Assembly: GCA_905181715.1 (NCBI GenBank)
Contig: CAJIYT010000009.1
Span: forward strand, 2,146 to 66,145
Direction: 5' to 3'
Source: an uncultured Candidatus Poseidoniales archaeon
Lineage (GTDB): Archaea > Thermoplasmatota > Poseidoniia > Poseidoniales > Poseidoniaceae
DNA length: 64,000 bases
Shown: piece after piece, positions 49,808 through 59,245 of the stretch
Layout: the number at the start of each line of letters is the position of its first letter
Numbering within the stretch: the stretch's first letter is position 1
Program-made: the position numbers and the translations under genes
Notes under the pieces: model-generated
What the model was told of the DNA's origin: nothing
Database searches by the model: none
The model's input: only the letters and a program-made list of their open reading frames with translations

Positions 49808-50266
49808 ATGGCAAGAATGTACTCATCCAACAAAGGAAAGAGTGGCTCATCGAAGCCATTTGTTGCAACCGCTCCAGAGTGGTCTAATAACGATGCATCA
49901 GCGGTAACTTCCCTAATTGTAGAATTAGGAAAATCCGGTAAGAGTTCAGCCGAGATTGGTACAATTCTCCGTGATCAACATGCTATTCCTGATGTTCGCT
50001 TGGTTCTCAAGGGCAAGCGCATCGCTGTAATTCTTGCAGAGAATGATATCGGTGGTGCATATCCAGAGGATATGATGAACTTGATGCGTAAGGCGGTTAC
50101 ACTGATTAATCATCTAAGCTCTAACCGCAAAGATCTCCATAACAACCGTGCATTACATCTTACCGAAGCCAAGATTCGCCGCTTAGCTCGTTATTACCAA
50201 TCCGAAGGCCGTCTGGCTGCTGATTGGAAATACAAGCGTGACCAGTTGCGCTTAATGGTCGAGTGA
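49808..50266 (+). CDS. rps15: 30S ribosomal protein S15 (uS15)
   Basis: MARMY..KGKSGS.KP, IG.ILRDQH, PEDMMNLM, KDLHN.R.L..TEAKIRRL.RYY; SD GAGGTG. Confidence 0.96.
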   Translation: MARMYSSNKGKSGSSKPFVATAPEWSNNDASAVTSLIVELGKSGKSSAEIGTILRDQHAIPDVRLVLKGKRIAVILAENDIGGAYPEDMMNLMRKAVTLINHLSSNRKDLHNNRALHLTEAKIRRLARYYQSEGRLAADWKYKRDQLRLMVE

Positions 50267-50320
50267 TTGCAACAGTCATCTTGATGAACTACGCAGCCCT
50301 CCATTCGTTTGGTCTTGGAC

Positions 50321-51214
50321 ATGCGTGATCTCTTGTCTCTGCCGATGCTTTCCTCCTTAGAGGAGCAGATTAAGCGTTGTAATGCTTTGATTAATGCTGC
50401 GAAGATAGTCGATTTGGTCGCTCCATCAGACTTGGAAGGGGTTCTTGGTTTGGTGCAAATCGAATCAGCCTTAATCGATGAAAAGATATCTTATCGTCGC
50501 CGTTTACTACTCGCCCGGAGAGATGTTCCACGTGATGAGGTTGATCTGTTGCCAGATACGGATGGATTGCTAATCCACATTGACCCCTTTGCTCAACCAG
50601 GCGATGGATTATCTCTCGGCAAAAATTCAATTCATATCACACCTTTCGCAACAATAATTGAATTCGAAGGTTCAGCCACCAGTCACCAAGGAGTTGTCGA
50701 TTGCGTAGCACTATGCGCAGCACTCGCCAATCGGCTTTGTACTAGCTCTCCACGCGTGCGTCGCTTGCGTCCACTCTCGATGGCAGGTCAATGGCTACGT
50801 GACTCTCTAGATGCCACCTATGACCCTGCGTTGACCTTGTTGCGCAACCATCTCGATGAGGAAGGCTCGATTCAAGTGGTCGCTCTACCGGAAGTGACTA
50901 ATCCTGATTTGTCTTCTTTGGATGGAATTGCTGAACGGATGCTCAAACGTCTTGTCAAATCTTGGCCGGAAATGGATTTCGACCAGAGGTCACAGGCGCT
51001 TTCTGAATTGGCACTACCTGTGTTAAGAGAAGCGAAAATATCTACTCCACGGGTAGAGGAATTAATCTGGAAGAGAGCGATTATCGCTGAAAATGGCAGA
51101 GATTTGGCATCTGTGCTAAATGAAGTTAGAGGTGAATGGCCCGAAGGTGGCGATAAAACCAGAGTTCACGCTTCGGAAATATCAGACCGTTTGATCTCTA
51201 CCGGTATATTCTAA
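50321..51214 (+). CDS. Divergent DHH/RecJ-like protein, probably inactive
   Basis: Lies after rps15, the usual archaeal position of a DHH-family gene; APSDLEG resembles motif I; no DHH triad. Confidence 0.5.
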   Translation: MRDLLSLPMLSSLEEQIKRCNALINAAKIVDLVAPSDLEGVLGLVQIESALIDEKISYRRRLLLARRDVPRDEVDLLPDTDGLLIHIDPFAQPGDGLSLGKNSIHITPFATIIEFEGSATSHQGVVDCVALCAALANRLCTSSPRVRRLRPLSMAGQWLRDSLDATYDPALTLLRNHLDEEGSIQVVALPEVTNPDLSSLDGIAERMLKRLVKSWPEMDFDQRSQALSELALPVLREAKISTPRVEELIWKRAIIAENGRDLASVLNEVRGEWPEGGDKTRVHASEISDRLISTGIF

Positions 51215-53214
51215 GAGACTATTCTTAGGACTTTACCGCAACCACCACAAGGGATTCGCAAGGGCCTTTCATCACTAGTTATGGGGTTTCCAGTAGTACA
51301 TGCGGGGCAATCGACCAAGGGGAAATCACTCAATCCATCATCGAGGTCAGTACGTTTTGGACTAGCAACTGCAGTTATCAAGAATAGAGCGATAGTTACG
51401 ACAAGAATGGCAATAATTGTAAATGGTGGGTAAGCAAAGAAGATTGCTGTTGCCACTATTAGGAATAGTGAAGACTCCATCCATAGTGCTTTTCTTACTC
51501 GATTCTTAGTCATACGTAGGGCTATCCAAAATCCAACGAGACAGGTTATTGCAGCGGCAGCAGTCAAGGGTAACGGTGAGTGAAGCGGGCTATTTGTTGC
51601 TAATGCGACGAAAGAAAAAGTGTCATCAGTATCCAAACCGGTAGCGGTGACTGTAATTTTCTCACCCCAAGGGTATCTGACATGGGATAATTTGATTGAA
51701 TCATCTCCTTTGATAGCCGCTCCGGTCAGGCTTGAGAGAGAATCTGTAGTTACCGATATGGTGAGGTCAAATTCCTGCCAACGGGGATTAGCTGGTTGGA
51801 CGATAATGAAATCTCTCACCAATGTGGTCAACTTATCCTCTTCAACAACTTCCAATGTGGATATCTTCATCGAAATCGGTGAGTAACTAACCTTATTGTC
51901 GCCCATGAGATCGATTTCGATATTTATTGTTTCAAACTCATTGAAGTTACGGCCGAGTAATTCATCACCCTCAAAGCCCATTCCCTGTTGAAGGAACGTC
52001 GATGCTCTAGTTACCATTTGCCGTTCAAACTCAGAGGTTTCAACTTCATCTACCACTCGGTTGCGGCGATGTTCATCCTTTACTGAACCAGCACTGAATA
52101 TCCGCAGGGAGTCCGAGAGAGAACTGGAGTCGCTACCAATATTATCCAATCCCCAGCGCAGCCAATATGACATCTCATTTGAAAACATAATATCAACTTC
52201 TCTCTCCAAAGCAATGCTACCCTGGTCTACATACATATCCATCCTGATATCTACAGCAAGAGGTGACCCTGCTCCATTTGATTGCAAGGGTTCGTCAGGT
52301 GTGTAAAAACCGCCGCCACTGCTTGAACCATCATCGATTGTAGTAATACTGTGAGCTTGTGAAATAGATTGAGCTGGATTGCCCAAATCTTTCTGGACGA
52401 CAATCTCAGCAACGGTTGTTATGTTGATGTCGCCAGATTCGGTTGCACTCCAAGTCCAAGTAAGCCGGAAAGCATCATCATCTGCTTGTGAACCGATTGG
52501 TTCGCTATCGATGGTAATTCCATCGACTCTGAGGTTGATATCAGTTTGAGATAACATTGCTTGACCCCATGGACTGGTAATCAGGAGGTGTATGTAAACG
52601 TCCATCCCTTCGACATCAGGTTGCTCAAAAACCATACTAAGCAAGGGGATATTGGCATTTAGTGTTGCATCATCTTCGACAGTTCCCCACATGAAGGTTA
52701 GTGAAGCCTCACTGGCAGGGACGTTGAATAAAAGTGTTCGAACAGACAGAGTCACCTCGATTGAACCCGATGTAATTGCTCCACCGTCTATTTCAATATC
52801 GATATTCATTTCATTATCTCCCGCTGCAAGGAATGCTTGGTCTTGCCCAATATCAGCTGAATATGTTGTGCTACCAATGTCGATTGTAATAGTGGCATTA
52901 ATCTGAGCACCACCTGCGTTTTCAATCGAATAAGGGATCGTGAACTCCCAGGTGTCTTCAGGGTAATCTCCAAGCCAAGCGGGAGTAATAGACCATGAGG
53001 CAATAACGGTTTGCTCAGAAATTGAGTTGGTGGTGGTGACTTCTGTTAGATTGCCTAATTCAGCACTAAATGGTGTTAAGAAACCTGTGTCTGCAGGTCC
53101 AATCATATGCAAAGTTACAGGACTAGATTCACAACATTCTGCTTCTGAGAAGTCCGCTATCAATACGGGAATGAGCAATATTGCTATAATGAAGGCACTG
53201 AAAGTAACTCTCAC
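51211..53214 (-). CDS. Secreted/membrane protein with C-terminal TM helices and a terminal zinc ribbon
   Basis: Signal peptide; three C-terminal hydrophobic helices; CPAC...RPLRIPCGGC end. Confidence 0.78.
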   Translation of the reverse strand: MRVTFSAFIIAILLIPVLIADFSEAECCESSPVTLHMIGPADTGFLTPFSAELGNLTEVTTTNSISEQTVIASWSITPAWLGDYPEDTWEFTIPYSIENAGGAQINATITIDIGSTTYSADIGQDQAFLAAGDNEMNIDIEIDGGAITSGSIEVTLSVRTLLFNVPASEASLTFMWGTVEDDATLNANIPLLSMVFEQPDVEGMDVYIHLLITSPWGQAMLSQTDINLRVDGITIDSEPIGSQADDDAFRLTWTWSATESGDINITTVAEIVVQKDLGNPAQSISQAHSITTIDDGSSSGGGFYTPDEPLQSNGAGSPLAVDIRMDMYVDQGSIALEREVDIMFSNEMSYWLRWGLDNIGSDSSSLSDSLRIFSAGSVKDEHRRNRVVDEVETSEFERQMVTRASTFLQQGMGFEGDELLGRNFNEFETINIEIDLMGDNKVSYSPISMKISTLEVVEEDKLTTLVRDFIIVQPANPRWQEFDLTISVTTDSLSSLTGAAIKGDDSIKLSHVRYPWGEKITVTATGLDTDDTFSFVALATNSPLHSPLPLTAAAAITCLVGFWIALRMTKNRVRKALWMESSLFLIVATAIFFAYPPFTIIAILVVTIALFLITAVASPKRTDLDDGLSDFPLVDCPACTTGNPITSDERPLRIPCGGCGKVLRIVS

Positions 53215-53284
53215 TCTATCACTCTATTTGCTCTGGGGTGGTGGTCAGCACATCAATCCTACGCAGAAACGTTAGAATTATGCT

Positions 53285-53635
53285 CTACAAAGCCTTCTCT
53301 AAAAGTTCACCGAGTTCTTTCTCAAATAGGCCGACCAATGCTCCTCCAACTTCTCCTTGAAGGTCTTCTGGCAATATTTTGAGGCCCAACTTTGTTGCAG
53401 CCCGGCTCGCCTTTAATTCAGCATAGAGGGAACGCGCTTTTGCACTGAAGTAATATGCAACAGCTTCTTTCAATTCTGTCTTTAATTCTTCATCAGAATC
53501 TATCTTATCCTTGATATATGATTTCAACTCATCTTTGATCAAATCACGAAATGTTTCGATAACTAGGTCCTCTGTAGAAAACAAGTCCTGAATCTGTTTG
53601 CTCAAATCCCCTGTCATCAGACGTTCAATTGCCAT
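53285..53635 (-). CDS. Hypothetical acidic helical protein
   Basis: 116-aa ORF filling the gap, with a promoter-like element ~25 nt upstream. Confidence 0.7.
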   Translation of the reverse strand: MAIERLMTGDLSKQIQDLFSTEDLVIETFRDLIKDELKSYIKDKIDSDEELKTELKEAVAYYFSAKARSLYAELKASRAATKLGLKILPEDLQGEVGGALVGLFEKELGELLEKAL

Positions 53636-53657
53636 GATGCAGGGAGAACGCCCCTCC

Positions 53658-53690
53658 TTGATGATATTGTCGGAAGGGAGGTTTCATCAA
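53658..53690. promoter_or_regulatory. Back-to-back putative promoter elements (TCATCAA on each strand) for the divergent genes
   Basis: TTGATGA 53658-53664 lies 23-29 nt upstream of start 53635; TCATCAA 53684-53690 lies ~32 nt upstream of start 53722. Confidence 0.4.
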
Positions 53691-53721
53691 CCTATTCGCT
53701 GTGGGATGGTCTGGTGAAGGA

Positions 53722-54141
53722 ATGAGTGAGCCTCAAATAAGTGATTTAGTATTGACTGATGAGCATGCAACCGTTGGAGTTGATGATTCGATAGTAGAAG
53801 GCACAAAGCGACTAATAGATCTGCCAGGCGGAGTATTGATCGTCCTTGGTGAAGATGATTCGGTGAGGGGTGTTCTCGGCACTAAACAAATTCTATCTGC
53901 TGTTGCTGAAGGGCGCGACCTTTCATCTTCAACCTGTGGCGAACACATGGAATTGGATGTCATGCAAGTCAAAATGGATGAGAAAATCGCAGATGTTCTT
54001 CCGGTTATTAATGAGCGTAAACCACAAGCAGTTGTCGCAGTCGATGCAGATGGTGCCTTTTCCGGTTATTTCTCACCAAATGATTATCGCCAAGCTATGT
54101 CTAAAATCGACACTATGCCAGCAATCCGCGCTCTTGAGTGA
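53722..54141 (+). CDS. CBS domain protein
   Basis: Tandem CBS-like pattern (LIVLGED..VRGVLG..QIL; VAVDADG..SGYFS..DY). Confidence 0.75.
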   Translation: MSEPQISDLVLTDEHATVGVDDSIVEGTKRLIDLPGGVLIVLGEDDSVRGVLGTKQILSAVAEGRDLSSSTCGEHMELDVMQVKMDEKIADVLPVINERKPQAVVAVDADGAFSGYFSPNDYRQAMSKIDTMPAIRALE

Positions 54142-54149
54142 ACTGCGTA

Positions 54150-55814
54150 TTATTCGTGGACCAGTAGTAGACCATCTTCTTCGATAATAGCATAGCCTAT
54201 TCTCTCTAGTTGTACGATTGTTCCAATCGGATGGGGATGAGATTCGAGTAACCCCTCTTCGACTCGTAACTCTTTACCTTCTGGAATCGATAATCTGTTC
54301 TCCTTACCATTGGCTACCCAATGAACAATCGGCCGTGAATCACTTCGATCTATCGAGGTAATGGTGCCATTAGAACTAATGTCACAGAGGTCTTTCAGGC
54401 GAACATCACCATGATCTTCAGTTTCGATGTATACCACACCGTCGAGATTTATTTTACGCTCACCGAGTTCCTCTGTTGGATGTGATCGAATCATAACCTC
54501 GCTATCGATTTCACCTTTGAGCTCAATTCTAATTGGATTACGTACAAATGCGAGTCGAGGAGCTGTTGCATCAATCATTGAGGTATTGTGTGAATACAAG
54601 GTGGCTAAAGGAACTGCTATGTCCTTTTGACTTAAACCGATTTCAATCCAGAAATTGCGCAAAGCCTCGGGCTTTATTCCCCTACGTGCTAGTGTGGACA
54701 GTGTTGGTAGACGCGGATCATCCCAGCCAGAGTAAATTCCTTCTTCGATGTCCTTACGCATCTGTGAAGTTGAGAAACCGCCGAATTCGTGAACCTTAAC
54801 GCGTCCCCAATAAATCGTTTCGGGATATTGCCAAGCAAAGTGTTGATACAATAATTTCTGCTTACGGGTTGAATCCATCAAATCCTTTCCTCTAATTATA
54901 TGAGTGACGTTTTGCAGATGATCTTCAACTGCAGACTGGAAGTCTAGTAGCGGCCATACACGCCAAACGTTACCAATGCGTGGATGAGGATTGGTTTGGA
55001 TTCTTAATGCGGGCCAATCACGCAGAGCGGGATTTGGCAGAGTCATGTCCGTCTTAATTCGAACTACAGCCTGACCGGGTTGGTAGCCATCTTCAGAATT
55101 CATCTCTTGCCAGTGTTGAATATTTTCTTCGGCCTCTCGTTCACGGCAAGGACAGCAGGTTTTTCCAACTCGGAACTCCCGAAAAGCCTCTGCTGTGCAG
55201 GTGCAGACATATGCAAAACCCTCGTTGAGTGCTTGTTCGGCAAATTGGTGGTAGAACTCCATCCTATCACTAGCGATGATTATCTTATCAGCGGGAAAAC
55301 CACAGAGCCACTCGACCTCTTTGGCTATGGTGTCGTAGGCTGATACAAGTGGTGGTTTGACCGTGGTATCGGTGTCGTCAAAACGTAAGATCAATTTACC
55401 CGAGAGTTGCTTTGCATAGGTACTATTTACTACCAACCCACGTGAATGGCCGAAAGAAAGTGGACCGTTTGGATTTGGTGCGAAACGAAGGACAACCCCT
55501 TTGTGATCTCCCGGCAACTCAGGTAGACCTTCTCGCCTAACATGCTCCTTCTTCTCAAGCATCTCTGGTGCTGATTGCGCTAATAATTCTCTAATGTGAT
55601 CTAAACCCTCACTCTTCGCAAGTGAATTTGCAGTATTAACCTCGCTGGAAATAAGTCCGGATAGTTGCTTTGCCTGATTTCTCAAATCGGCTCTTGTACC
55701 CATTATTCGACCCATTACCGAGCCGACTTGACCCTCCCCCTCGTATTGTAATGCGTTTTGCAAGGCTAGATTGCGAACTAAGTCGATGATTTCAGCACTT
55801 GGCTGCCAGTCCAT
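54150..55814 (-). CDS. gltX: Glutamate--tRNA ligase (archaeal type)
   Basis: ALQNA..Y.G archaeal N-terminus; RFAPNPNGPLSFGH, LRFDDTD, THIIRGKD, GWDDPRLPT and QLERIGY motifs. Confidence 0.96.
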   Translation of the reverse strand: MDWQPSAEIIDLVRNLALQNALQYEGEGQVGSVMGRIMGTRADLRNQAKQLSGLISSEVNTANSLAKSEGLDHIRELLAQSAPEMLEKKEHVRREGLPELPGDHKGVVLRFAPNPNGPLSFGHSRGLVVNSTYAKQLSGKLILRFDDTDTTVKPPLVSAYDTIAKEVEWLCGFPADKIIIASDRMEFYHQFAEQALNEGFAYVCTCTAEAFREFRVGKTCCPCREREAEENIQHWQEMNSEDGYQPGQAVVRIKTDMTLPNPALRDWPALRIQTNPHPRIGNVWRVWPLLDFQSAVEDHLQNVTHIIRGKDLMDSTRKQKLLYQHFAWQYPETIYWGRVKVHEFGGFSTSQMRKDIEEGIYSGWDDPRLPTLSTLARRGIKPEALRNFWIEIGLSQKDIAVPLATLYSHNTSMIDATAPRLAFVRNPIRIELKGEIDSEVMIRSHPTEELGERKINLDGVVYIETEDHGDVRLKDLCDISSNGTITSIDRSDSRPIVHWVANGKENRLSIPEGKELRVEEGLLESHPHPIGTIVQLERIGYAIIEEDGLLLVHE

Positions 55815-55839
55815 ACCAAGCCGAGTCGAGGGGGGTTAT

Positions 55840-56529
55840 TCAGAACAACGTTTGTTGTGGACCGGGTATGTCTTCTCTTTGCGGGACTTCTCCCGGCCAT
55901 AGATTACGAATGGTCTTCCAACTCCAGCGCAATTGTGGGTGAGGACATACGCCAGTAAGCATGGCAGGTAGTGCATTGACTGTTATTGCGTCACTAGGAT
56001 ATCCAGAGCCTAGATTCATACCCATTTCACGTGATATATTCGCCATTTGTCGGTCACGTTCTTGCTTAGCAAGTATACTTGCAGCAGCAACTATTAGGTG
56101 ATTTAGATCTGCCTTGTGCTCACTGATAAGTTGCGCTGGCCACGGCCAATTGTCAAGTCTAGATGCTATACGGCTAGCAAAGCGCTCCTCATTTACATCA
56201 CAAGCATCGAGGATAATTTTCCCTTCACTCTGACCGATTGCGTTCAAAGCTTCAGCGAATAATTCTACTTCTAAAATATTCAAACCCATTTTTGCTACAT
56301 AGGAATCTATCCGTGCTGGATGACAGATAATAACTTGATGACGCCATTCTTCTTGACTTAGAATCCATTCCTCTAGTTCACTACGCCTCTTTGGTGAAAG
56401 CAATTTTGAGTCTTTGACATTCTGCTGACGCAATTTATCTTCATCACCAGCTGGAATAGAAAGTGCAGCAACGACTAACGGGCCAATCACCGGGCCCCGC
56501 CCAGCTTCATCTACACCTGTGATCCACAT
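55840..56529 (-). CDS. rnhB: Ribonuclease HII
   Basis: GVDEAGRGPVIGPLV, VKDSKLL, LDACD, EHKAD, AASILAK and GSGYPSD motifs. Confidence 0.95.
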   Translation of the reverse strand: MWITGVDEAGRGPVIGPLVVAALSIPAGDEDKLRQQNVKDSKLLSPKRRSELEEWILSQEEWRHQVIICHPARIDSYVAKMGLNILEVELFAEALNAIGQSEGKIILDACDVNEERFASRIASRLDNWPWPAQLISEHKADLNHLIVAAASILAKQERDRQMANISREMGMNLGSGYPSDAITVNALPAMLTGVCPHPQLRWSWKTIRNLWPGEVPQREDIPGPQQTLF

Positions 56530-56530
56530 A

Positions 56531-58846
56531 TTAAAAATCCAAATCGTCGTTACTTTTGCCAGGGATTTCATCTTGCTGTAAATTCTCGTTATTATCTAGC
56601 AATAGGTTTGCTGCATGTGGTTGCACAACACCAGAACTTATTTGTGAGGTCAAATGATTAAGTTTTTGTCGCACTATATGTTCCTCATGATGGTCAATAA
56701 CCGTTTCCGCTGCCCTAACAACATCTCCAGGTATCTTTTGCGTCTCATATGTTTTCACAGACGATTGACTTTGGAATCTCTGGGTGAATTCCCCTCGGTC
56801 CATGGCCAGAGCAGGTTGATGATTGATGTCCTTAAGTCCATCTTCATCGACCCCATCGTCAACGATATTTTTTGTTCCAAGGATTGCCAACATTGGGTCT
56901 TCCATGCGTAGGCGTCTATCTTTTGCTGCTTTACGAACTACCAATCCGGCGATTAATACCGAGAAAAATATGTACCACCAGGCTTTAATGATCATTAGTG
57001 TATATTCGAAACCATTGGATAATGCTTCGATAATAACTCCATCTTCTACAGTTATTTCTGCCGCTAGGTAATCGGCCTCAGCCTGATAAGAAAGTGGATT
57101 AGAATCATCTAGCCGACTATGGGCGGTGATATTGGCGTATAGGGTTCCATCATTTGATTGGTCATCGGGAATCATAATCCAGGCGCGTAAGGTAAAATTA
57201 TCTCCAATGGAAATATTTGTCATTTCAAAGGAGCGTATCTTTTCACTTTCCTCATAAATAGATCCTAGTGGGGGGACAAATGACATATCAGTAAAATGTG
57301 TACTAGATAGCCGAACTATCAGTCCGTCGATGGTATTACCGTCATTACGAACCACCATAGTCATCGATAGTTTTCCTTCGGCGTCGACAGCGGATGCTGT
57401 GTATTCGAACACCCATTCTATTCGTGGTCCGATGTATCCACTGATAGTCTTACTATCGAGTAAGAGACCATCATTGGTCAATAGATTGAGGGTCAGAGTA
57501 TAATTGCTATAGGCTATTGTACCGGCGATCGAAGTGAGGTTTAAACTGAGGTTTCTGACAGATTGCCCGATTTCAACACCCCATGTTTCTTGTGATGTTT
57601 GCGCAAAAACACCCTCTATTTGTGATAGTTCAACAATCAAATTATCATACATATTCCCTTGATGATTCAGTTCATAAAAGATGATACATGATTCGGTTGG
57701 TGAAACTTGGGAACACTCTTGAGAATCGATAATTATCTCAGCCATTCTTATTTGCTGAGTCGCAACTGTGAGGTCTACAGATTTCATTACGCTTTCATAT
57801 CCTTTAGGGTTTATATTAAGCCTAACTTGAAGTGAAGATTCACCTAGCATTGGTGCTAGGAATCCGACATCGATTTGTCGCGTCTCTCCCGGTTGTAATA
57901 TGGTTGATTGCATTGTATTGTAAAGTGCGACACTCCAATTATTATATTCAATAATATTATTGTCATCAAATCCAGGTACTACTGCTCCGTTCTCATATAG
58001 TGGACTTAAGCTAAAGGAGAAGGTACTAGGAATGTTTCCTGAATTCCTCAAACCAACTTCAATTCTACCACTAAGGCCGGGGTCGAGTGTCAAATCATCG
58101 CCGACTTCGTCGATCGAAACATTATGAAAATCATCCAATACGACACTAAATTGCCATTCAATGCTCTCTCCATCCAACGATGATATACCTTTCAAAACGA
58201 AAGAAGCACCTTCTCCAGACAGCGGTGAACTATTGATGATGGCGGGGGTTTCAATCCAAAATCGAATGAGATCAATGCCTCCTGGATTAAGAGTTATTGA
58301 GTCTGAATTTGTCCAACCGCTTTGCCATCCTGAATTCGAATGAAGTGTGAAATCAACTACATCGGTATAATCTGCAGCATTAGTGAAATTGGTAGCCACG
58401 TTGATACGAGAGACTTGTTCGACACGAAATTTCGAACCTGAACTGGAACCGAAGCTCAAATCCGAATAAGGTGTAATCGCAATCATTAACTCGATTCTTT
58501 CACTCCAGTTATTTCCATCATTAAAAGTTAAATTAAAAGGTAGATTACCGAACTGGCTATCATTATCAGCAATGACATATATCGTGATTCCACCAGATGT
58601 GCTGGCACTAACAGTTATCTGGCCACTCGGTAATCCACTGACCTCTAGAGAATTATGGAATTCGACATTTATTTCTAGTTCAAGGTCAGTGAAAACGTTA
58701 TTTGTCCAATCTAGAGCGATGGCAATGCTTTCATTACGATGGCCAGAAAAGTCGCCACTAGCAGATACGGTAAAGGGATCTCCTTGCGCGATTCCCTGCG
58801 GCAGTAGTGGGATTAACAGTAAGATCATCACTACTGCTCGACGCAT
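56531..58846 (-). CDS. Secreted, membrane-anchored protein with tandem Ig-like (COG1470/CARDB-like) domains and a cytoplasmic tail
   Basis: Signal peptide; LRNSGN, LNHQGN.YD and VRNDGNT.D repeats; TM WWYIFFSVLIAGLVV then RK. Confidence 0.78.
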   Translation of the reverse strand: MRRAVVMILLLIPLLPQGIAQGDPFTVSASGDFSGHRNESIAIALDWTNNVFTDLELEINVEFHNSLEVSGLPSGQITVSASTSGGITIYVIADNDSQFGNLPFNLTFNDGNNWSERIELMIAITPYSDLSFGSSSGSKFRVEQVSRINVATNFTNAADYTDVVDFTLHSNSGWQSGWTNSDSITLNPGGIDLIRFWIETPAIINSSPLSGEGASFVLKGISSLDGESIEWQFSVVLDDFHNVSIDEVGDDLTLDPGLSGRIEVGLRNSGNIPSTFSFSLSPLYENGAVVPGFDDNNIIEYNNWSVALYNTMQSTILQPGETRQIDVGFLAPMLGESSLQVRLNINPKGYESVMKSVDLTVATQQIRMAEIIIDSQECSQVSPTESCIIFYELNHQGNMYDNLIVELSQIEGVFAQTSQETWGVEIGQSVRNLSLNLTSIAGTIAYSNYTLTLNLLTNDGLLLDSKTISGYIGPRIEWVFEYTASAVDAEGKLSMTMVVRNDGNTIDGLIVRLSSTHFTDMSFVPPLGSIYEESEKIRSFEMTNISIGDNFTLRAWIMIPDDQSNDGTLYANITAHSRLDDSNPLSYQAEADYLAAEITVEDGVIIEALSNGFEYTLMIIKAWWYIFFSVLIAGLVVRKAAKDRRLRMEDPMLAILGTKNIVDDGVDEDGLKDINHQPALAMDRGEFTQRFQSQSSVKTYETQKIPGDVVRAAETVIDHHEEHIVRQKLNHLTSQISSGVVQPHAANLLLDNNENLQQDEIPGKSNDDLDF

Positions 58847-58930
58847 GGATGGCGCTCTGTGTTCTTGCTATCTAAGATTCACCCTTTTTGCATCGAAGCA
58901 TTATTGTCATCCATCCCTCTTAGCCTGTAC

Positions 58931-59245
58931 ATGCCCGTTTGGCCATTCAAGAAAAAAGAGGCGGAGACCGAAGAGGCTCCCCCAGAAAATGTGAGTTATC
59001 AGAGAAGTGATGCCAATGCAGGTGAATTACTAGCAGATAACTCACATACCGAATCTGCTGGTTACCAAGCGGCGATGGCTTTATTCTCCAACGCTGTACC
59101 TGAGAAAGTCTCTGAAACCAAGCCCGAAGACTTCACTTGGGTCGCCCATAGTGATGGTTACCATTACAAGAAAAACAGTAATGGTTCTTTTCAAGAAACA
59201 CCGCATGTTAAAGATGAAAAGGGCAATTACTCTCCCTTTTCATGA
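58931..59245 (+). CDS. Small hypothetical protein
   Basis: MPVWPFKKK start; aromatic C-terminal module WVAHSDGYHYKK. Confidence 0.65.
   Translation: MPVWPFKKKEAETEEAPPENVSYQRSDANAGELLADNSHTESAGYQAAMALFSNAVPEKVSETKPEDFTWVAHSDGYHYKKNSNGSFQETPHVKDEKGNYSPFS

Noticed and set aside
54760-55500. GluRS HIGH and KMSKS deviations (SFGH, GFSTS)
   Set aside because: Within the variation expected for archaeal GluRS; the rest of the enzyme is intact
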